Origin: the human T2T-CHM13v2.0 reference genome, Homo sapiens
Strand: one strand, 5' to 3'
Assembly: GCF_009914755.1 (NCBI RefSeq)
Contig: NC_060933.1
DNA: 64,000 nucleotides
The notes under the pieces are model-generated. The model saw nothing but the letters and a program-made list of their open reading frames with translations, did not search any database and was not told the DNA's origin. This document shows positions 56,601 through 64,000 of the stretch, piece after piece. Within the stretch, counting starts at the first letter, position 1. Every line of letters starts with the position of its first letter. The translations under genes and the position numbers were made by a program.

Positions 56601-58369
56601 ATGGAATGGAGTGGAATGGAATGCAATGGAATGGAATGGAATAGAATGGAATGGAATGGAATGGTACAGAATAAAATGGAATGGAACGAAATGGAATGGA
56701 ATGAAATGGAATGGAATGGAATGGAATGGAATGGAACGGAACGGAATGGTATGGAATGGAATGGAATGGAATGGAATGGTACGGAATATAATGGAATGGA
56801 ACGAAATGGAATGGAATGAAATGGAATGGAATGGAATGGAATCAACCCGAGTGCAGGGGAATGGAATGGAATTGAAGGCAATGGAATGGAATCATCCGGA
56901 ATTGAATGGAATGGAATGGAATCAACTCGATTGCAATGGAATGGAATGGAATGGAATGGAATGGAATGGAATGGAATGGAATGGAATTAACCCGAATAGA
57001 ATGGAATGGAATGGAATGGAATGGAATGGAATGGAATGGAATGGAATGGAATGGTACGGAATAGAATGGAATGGAACGAAATGGAACGGAATGAAATGGA
57101 ATGGAATGGAATGGAATGGAATGGAATGGAATCAACCCGAGTGTAGGGGAATGGAATGGAATTGAAGGCAATGGAATGGAATCATCCGGAATGGAATGGA
57201 ATGGAATGGAATCAACTCGATTGCAATGGAATGGAATGGAATGGAATGGAATGGAATGGAATTAATCCGAATAGAATGTAATAGAATGGAATGGAATGGA
57301 ATGGTAGTAAATGGAATGGAATGGAATGAACCCGAGTGCAGGGGAATGGAATGGAATGGAATGGAATGGAATGGAATGGAATGGAATGCAGTGGAATGGA
57401 ATCAAACCTAGTGCAATTGAATGGAATGGAATGGAATGGAATGGAATGGAATGGAATGGAATGGAATGGATTCAACCCAAATGGAATGGAAAGCAATGGA
57501 ATCAACCCGAGTGGAATGGCATGGAATGGAATGGAATGAAATGTAATGGAATGTAATGGAATGGAATGGAATGGTACGGAATAAAATGGAATGGAACGAA
57601 ATGGAATGGAATGGAATGGAATGGAACGGAATGGAATGGAATCATTCCGAGTGGAATAGAAGGGAATGAATTCGAGTGGAATGGAAAGGAATGGAATCAA
57701 CCAGAGTGGAATGGAAGGGAATGGAATGGAATGGAAACTAATAAAATGGAATCAACACGAGTGGAATGGAATGGAAAGGACTTGAATGGAATGGAATGGA
57801 ATGGAATGGAATCAAGTCCATTGCAATGGAATGTAATGGAATGGAGTGGAATGGAATTAACTCGAATAGAATGGAATGGAATGGAATGGAATGGAATGGA
57901 ATGGAATGGAATGGAATGGAATCAACCTGAGTGCAGGGGAATGGAATGCAATGGAATGCAATGGAACGCAATGGAATGGAATGGAATGGAATGGAATCAA
58001 CGCGAGTGCAGGGGAATGGAATGTAATGGAATGCAATGGAATGGAATCTTCCGGAATGGAATGGAAAGGAATGGAATCAACCCGAGTGCAATGGAATGGA
58101 GAGGAATGGAATGGAAACTACCCGAATGGAATGGAATGTAGTGGAGTGTAAGGGAATTGAATAGAATCAATCCGAATGTAATGGAATGGAATGGAACGGA
58201 ATGGAATGGAATGGAATGGAATGGAATGGAACGGAATGGAACGGAATGGAATGGAATGGAATGGAATGGAATGGAATGGTATGGAATGGAATGGAATGGA
58301 ATCAACCCGAGTGCAATGGAATGGAGTGGAATGGAATGGAATGGAATGGAACAACCCGAATGGAATGGA

Positions 58370-61300
58370 ATGGAATGGAGAGTAAGACAGTTGAATAGAA
58401 TCAGTCCGAATGTAATGGAATGGAATGCAACGGAATGGAATGGAATGGAATGGAATGGAATGGAATGAAATGGAATGGAATCAACCCGAGTACAATGGAA
58501 TGGAATGGAATGGAATGGAATGGAATGGAATGGAATGGAATTGAATGGAATGGAATGCCTTCAAACCGAATGGAATGGAAAGGAATGGAATCAACAAGAG
58601 TGGAATGGAATGGAATGGAATGGAAAGGAATGGAATGGAATGGAATGGTACGGAATAGAATGGAATGGAAGGAAATGGAATGGAATGGAATGGAATGGAA
58701 TGGAAAGGATTGGAATGGAATCGTTCCGAGTGGAATAGGAGGGAATGTATTCGAGTGGAATGGAAAGGAATGGAATCAACCAGAGTGGAATGGAAGGGAA
58801 TGGAATGGAATGGAAACTAATAGAATGGAATCAACCCGAGTGGAATGGAATGGAAAGGACTGGAATGGAATGGAATGGAATGATCAACTCGATTGTAATA
58901 GAATGGAATGGAATGGAATGGAATGGAATGAAACGGCATGGAATGGAATTAACTCGAATACAATGGAATGGAATGGAATGGAAGGGAATGGAGTGGAATG
59001 GAATGGAATCAACCCGAGTGCAGGGAAATGGAATGGAATGGAATGCAATGGAATGGAATCATCCGGAATGGAATGGAATGGAATGGAATGCAAAGCAATG
59101 GAATCAACTCGATTGCAATGGAATGGAATGGAATGGAAAGGAATAGAATGGAATCAACCCGAGTGGAATGGAATGGAAAGGACTGGAATGGAGTGGATTG
59201 GAATGGAATGGAATGGAATGGAATCAACTCGATTGGAATGGAATGGAATGGAATGGAATGGAATGGAATGGAATCAACTCGATTGCAATCGAATGGAATG
59301 GAATGGAATTAACCCGAATAGAATGGAATGGAATGGAATGGAACGGAACGGAATGGAATGGAATGGAATGGAATGGAATGGAATGGAATGAAATGGAACG
59401 GAACGGAACGGAACGGAATGGAATGGAATGGAATGGAATGGAATGGAATGGAATCAACGCGAGTGCAGGGGAATGGAATGGAATGGAATGCAATGGAATG
59501 GAATCTTCCGGAATGGAATGGAATGGAATGGAATGGAATGGAATGAAATGCAATGGATTCAACTCGATTGCAATGGAATGGAATGGAATGGAATGGAATG
59601 AAATGCAATGGATTCAACTCGATTGCAATGGAATGGAATAGATTGGAATGGAATGGAATGGAATGGAATGGAATGGAATGGAATGGAATGGAATGGAATG
59701 GAATTAACCCGAATAGAATGGAATGGAATGGAATGGAACGGAATGGAACGAAATGGAATGGAATGGAATGGAATGGAATGGAATGGTATGGAATGGAATG
59801 GAATGGTACGTAATAGAATGGAATGGAACGAATTGTAATGGCATGGAATTGAATGGAATGGAATGGAATGGAATGGAATGGAATCAACGCGAGTGCAGGG
59901 GAATGTAATGGAACGGAATGCAATGGAATGGAATCATCCGGAATGGAATGGAAAGGAATGGAATTAACCCGAGTGCAATGGAATGGAGTGGAATGGAATG
60001 GAATGGAATGGAACAACCCGAATGGAATGGAATGTAATGGAGAGTAAGGGAGTTGAATAGAATCAATCCGAATGTAATGGAATGGAATGCAACGGATTGG
60101 AATGGAATGGAATGGGATGGAATGCAATGGAATGGAATCAACCCGAGTACAATGGAATGGAATGGAATGGAATGGAATGGAATGGAATGGAATGGAATGG
60201 AATGGAATGGAATGCCTTCAAACCGAATGGAATGGAAAGAATGGAATCAACACGAGTGGAATGGAATGGAATGGAATGGAATGGAATGGAATGGAATGAT
60301 ACGGAATAGAATGTAATGGAACGAAATGGAATGGAATGGAATGGAATGGAATGGAATGGAATGGAATGGAATGGAATCGTTCCGAGTGGAATAGGAGGGA
60401 ATGTATTCGAGTGGAATGGAAAGGAATGGAATCACCCAGAGTGGAATGGAAGAGAATGGAATGGAATGGAAACTAATAGAATGGAATCAACCCGAGTGGA
60501 ATGGAATGGAAAGGACTGGAATGGAATGGAATGGAATGGAATCAACCCGAGTGCAATGGAATGGATTCGAATGGAATGGAATGGAATGGAATGGATTCAA
60601 CAAGAATGGAATGGAAAGGAATGGATTCAACCCGAGTGTAATGGCATGGAATGGAACGGAATGGAATGGGATGGAATAGAATGGTACGGAATAGAATGGA
60701 ATGGAATGAAATGGAATGGAATGGAATGGAATGGAATGGAATGGAATGGAATCAACTCGATTGCAATCGAATGGAATGGAATGGAATTAACCCGAATAGA
60801 ATGGAATGGAATGGAATGGAACGGAATGGAATGGAATGGAATGGAATGGAATGGAATGGAATGGAATTGAACGGAACGGAATGGAATGGAATGGAATGGA
60901 ATGGAATGGAATGGAATCAACGCGAGTGCAGGGGAATGGAATGGAATGGAATGCAATGGAATGGAATCTTCCGGAATGGAATGGCATGGAATGGAATGGA
61001 ATGAAATGCAATGGATTCAACTCGATTGCAATGGAATGGAATAGAATGGAATGGAATGGAATGGAATGGAATTAATCCGAATAGAATGGAATGGAATGGA
61101 AAGGAACAGAACGGAACGGAATGGAATGGTATGTAATGGAATGGAATGGTACGGAATAGAATGGAATGGAACGAATTGCAATGGAATGGAATTGAATGGA
61201 ATGGAATGGAATGGAATGGAATGGAATCAACGCGAGTGCAGGGGAATGTAATGGAACGGAATGCAATGGAATGGAATCACCCGGAATGGAATGGAATGGA

Positions 61301-64000
61301 ATGGAATGGAATGGAATCAACCCGAGTTCAATGGAATGGAGTGGAATGGAATGGAATGGAATGGAACAACCCGAATGGAATGGAATGTAATGGAGAGTAA
61401 GGGAGTTGAATAGAATCAATCCGAATGTAATGGAATGGAATGCAACGGAATGGAATGGAATGGAATGGAATGGAATGGAATGCAATGGAATGGAATCAAC
61501 TCGAGTACAATGGAATGGAATGGAATGGAATTGAATGCAATGGAATGGAATCAACTCGAGTACAATGCAATGGAATGGAATGGAATGGAATGGAATGGAA
61601 TGGAATGGAATGGAATTGAATGGAATGGAATGCCTTCAAACCGAATGGAATGGAAAGGAATGGAATCACCACGAGTGGAATGGAATGGAATGGAAAGGAA
61701 TGGAATGGAATAGAATGGTACGGAATACAATGGAATGGAACGAACTGGAATGGAATGGAATGGAATGGAATGGAATGGAATGGAATGGAATGGAATCGTT
61801 CTGAGTGGAATAGGAGGGAATGTATTCGAGTGGAATGGAAAGGAATGGAATCAACCAGATTGGAATGGAAGGGAATGGAATGGAATGGAAACTAATAGAA
61901 TGGAATCAACCCGAGTGGAATGGAATGGAAAGGACTGGAATGGAATTGAATGGAATGGAATTGAATGGAATCAACTACATTGTAATGGAATGGAATGGAA
62001 TGGAATGGAATGGAATTAACCCGAATACAATGGAATGGACTAGAATGGAACGGAATGGAGTGGAATGGAATGGAATCAACCCGAGTGCAGGGGAATGGAA
62101 TGGAATGGAATGCAATGGAATGGAATCATCCGGAATGGAATGGAATGGAATGGAATGCAAAGCAATGGAATCAACTCGATTGCAATGGAATGGAATGGAA
62201 TGGAAAGGAATAGAACGGAATCAACCCGAGTGTAATGGAATGGAAAGGACTGGAATGGAGTGGAATGGAATGGAATGGAATGGAATGGAATCAACTCGAT
62301 TGGAATGGAATGGAATGGAATGGAAAGTAATGGAATGGAATTAACCCGAATAGAATGGAATGGAATGGAATGGAACGGAATGGAATGGAATGGAATGGAA
62401 TGGAATCAACCCGACTGCAGGGGAATGGAATGGAATGGAATGCAATAGAATGGAATCATCCGGAACGGAATGGAATGGAATGGAATGGAATCAACTCGAT
62501 TGCAATCGAATGGAATGGAATGGAATTAACCCGAATAGAATGGAATGGAATGGAATGGAACGGAACGGAATGGAATGGAATGGAATGGAATCAAATGGAA
62601 CGGAACGGAACGGAATGGAATGGAATGGAATGGAATGGAATGGAATCAACGCGAGTGCAGGGGAATGGAATGGAATGGAATGCAATGGAATGGAATCTTC
62701 CGGAATGGAATGGAATGGAATGGAATGGAATGGAATGAAATGCAATGGATTCAACTCGATTGCAATGGAATGGAATGGAATGGAATGGAATGGAATGAAA
62801 TGCAATGGATTCAACTCGATTGCAATGGAATGGAATAGATTGGAATGGAATGGAATGGAATTAACCCGAATAGAATGGAATGGAATGGAATGGAACGGAA
62901 TGGAACGGAATGGAATGGAATGGAATGGAATGGAATGGAATGGAATGGAATGGAATGGAATGGAATCAACGCGAGTGCAGGGGAATGTAATGGAACGGAA
63001 TGCAATGGAACGGAATCATCCGGAATGGAATGGAATGGAATGCAACCAACCCGAGTGCAATGGAATGGAGTGGAATGGAATGGAATGGAATGGAACAACC
63101 CGAATGGAATGGAATGTAATGGAGAGTAATGGAGTTGAATAGAATCAATCCGAATGTAATGGAATGGAATGCAACGGATTGGAATGGAATGGAATGCAAT
63201 GGAATGGAATCAACCCGAGTACAATAGAATGGAATGGAATGGAATGGAATGGAATGGAATGCCTTCAAACCGAATGGAATGGAAAGGAATGGAATCAACA
63301 CGAGTGGAATGTAATGGAATGGAATGGAAGGGAATGGAATGGAATGGAATGGAATGATACGGAACAGAATGGAATGGAAAGAATTGGAATGGAATGGAAT
63401 GGAATGGAATGGAATGGAATGGAATGGAATGGAATGGAATCGTTCCGAGTAGAATAGGAGGGAATGTATTCGAGTGGAATGGAAAGGAATGGAATCACCC
63501 AGAGTGGAATGGAAGAGAATGGAATGGAATGGAAACTAATAGAATGGAATCAACCCGAGTGGAATGGAATGGAAAGGACTGGAATGGAATGGAATGGAAT
63601 GGAATGGAATGGAATGAAATGGAATGGAATCAACACGATTGGAATGGAATGTAATGGAATGGAATGGAATGAAATGGAATGGAATCAACTCGATTGCAAT
63701 GGAATGGAATGGAATGGAATGAAATGGAATGGAATTAACCCGAATACAATGGAATGGAATGGAATGGAATGGTACGGAATGGAGTGGAATGGAATGGAAT
63801 CAACCAGAGTGCAGGGGAATGTAATAGAACGGAATGCAATGGAATGGAATCATCCGGAACGGAATGGAATGGAATGGAATGGAATGGAATGGAATGGAAT
63901 GGAATCAACCCGAGTGTAATGGAATGGAGAGGAATGGAATGGAATGGAATGGAAACTACCCGAATGGAATGGAATGTAATGGAGCGTAAGGGAATTGAAT
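58370..64000 (+). repeat. Tandem 1.4-1.65 kb units forming a ~3.07 kb dimeric higher-order repeat
   Basis: Marker ggagggaATGtattcgag with ATG at 58745, 60401, 61820 and 63464 (spacings 1656, 1419, 1644). Alternate copies 60401 and 63464 share atcacccagag...ggaagagaat. Confidence 0.85.

Larger units (their letters stand above)
38496..62706. promoter_or_regulatory. 15 perfect 3-unit HSE sequence matches (GGAAT-CTTCC-GGAAT); binding unproven
   Basis: Starts at 38496, 40394, 43428, 44123, 44976, 45809, 46089, 46194, 47868, 48706, 48991, 58043, 59500, 60963 and 62692. Confidence 0.5.
18973..64000 (+). repeat. Satellite III (HSat3) array block, GGAAT on + strand
   Basis: Seen: (GGAAT)n with CAACCCGAGT decamers and the same module vocabulary as the left block in reverse complement. 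The block runs off the right edge. Confidence 0.97.

Noticed and set aside
1-64000. Hundreds of ORFs (e.g. 9778-10956, 14902-15969, 37139-38392, 49494-50600)
   Set aside because: Pure CATTC/GGAAT has no stop codon in any frame and GGAATG supplies an ATG every 5 bp. ORFs overlap in all six frames and contain only IPFHS/MEWNG repeats with no domain signal.
1-64000. CRISPR-like repeat/spacer appearance of CAACCCGAGT modules separated by variable stretches
   Set aside because: The apparent spacers are pentamer runs, not unique sequence. There is no constant 23-47 bp repeat, leader or cas gene.
1-64000. Alpha satellite/CENP-B boxes, telomeric repeats, Alu/L1, or HSat2 identity
   Set aside because: No 171-bp monomers, TTAGGG arrays or retroelement sequence were seen. 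Single ttaggg words (e.g. ~295) belong to the ctattagggttaa module. CATTCGATTC is only sporadic.
1-64000. Assignment to a specific chromosome or subfamily (e.g. chr9 HSat3B5, acrocentric arrays, Y DYZ1)
   Set aside because: It cannot be settled by eye. The decamer density and inversion are compatible with chr9-type arrays and no regular 3.56 kb DYZ1 period is visible, but subfamily k-mer classification or alignment to T2T is required.

Overview
The whole 64 kb window is classical human/great-ape-type Satellite III (HSat3). It consists of (CATTC)n/(GGAAT)n pentamers punctuated in register by the decamer CAACCCGAGT and a small set of derived modules. I see no genes, RNA genes, transposons or CRISPR arrays; every ORF in the track is the pentamer translating as IPFHS/MEWNG. 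The real structure is architectural. (1) There is one sharp strand inversion at 18971-18972 (CATTC on + to the left, GGAAT on + to the right) with a 2-bp CC microhomology, and many kb-scale segments are shared in inverted orientation across it. (2) There are nested duplications and higher-order repeats (about 50-200 bp, 0.85 kb, 1.4-1.65 kb, 3.06 kb, and dispersed copies at about 5, 7, 9.3, 10.5 and 19-21 kb offsets). (3) Two interleaved sequence sub-types occur, and only one carries a perfect three-unit heat-shock element (GGAAT-CTTCC-GGAAT; 22 copies found by eye). I found no novel protein-coding system. All segment boundaries and counts were read by eye or from ORF-track offsets and are approximate.
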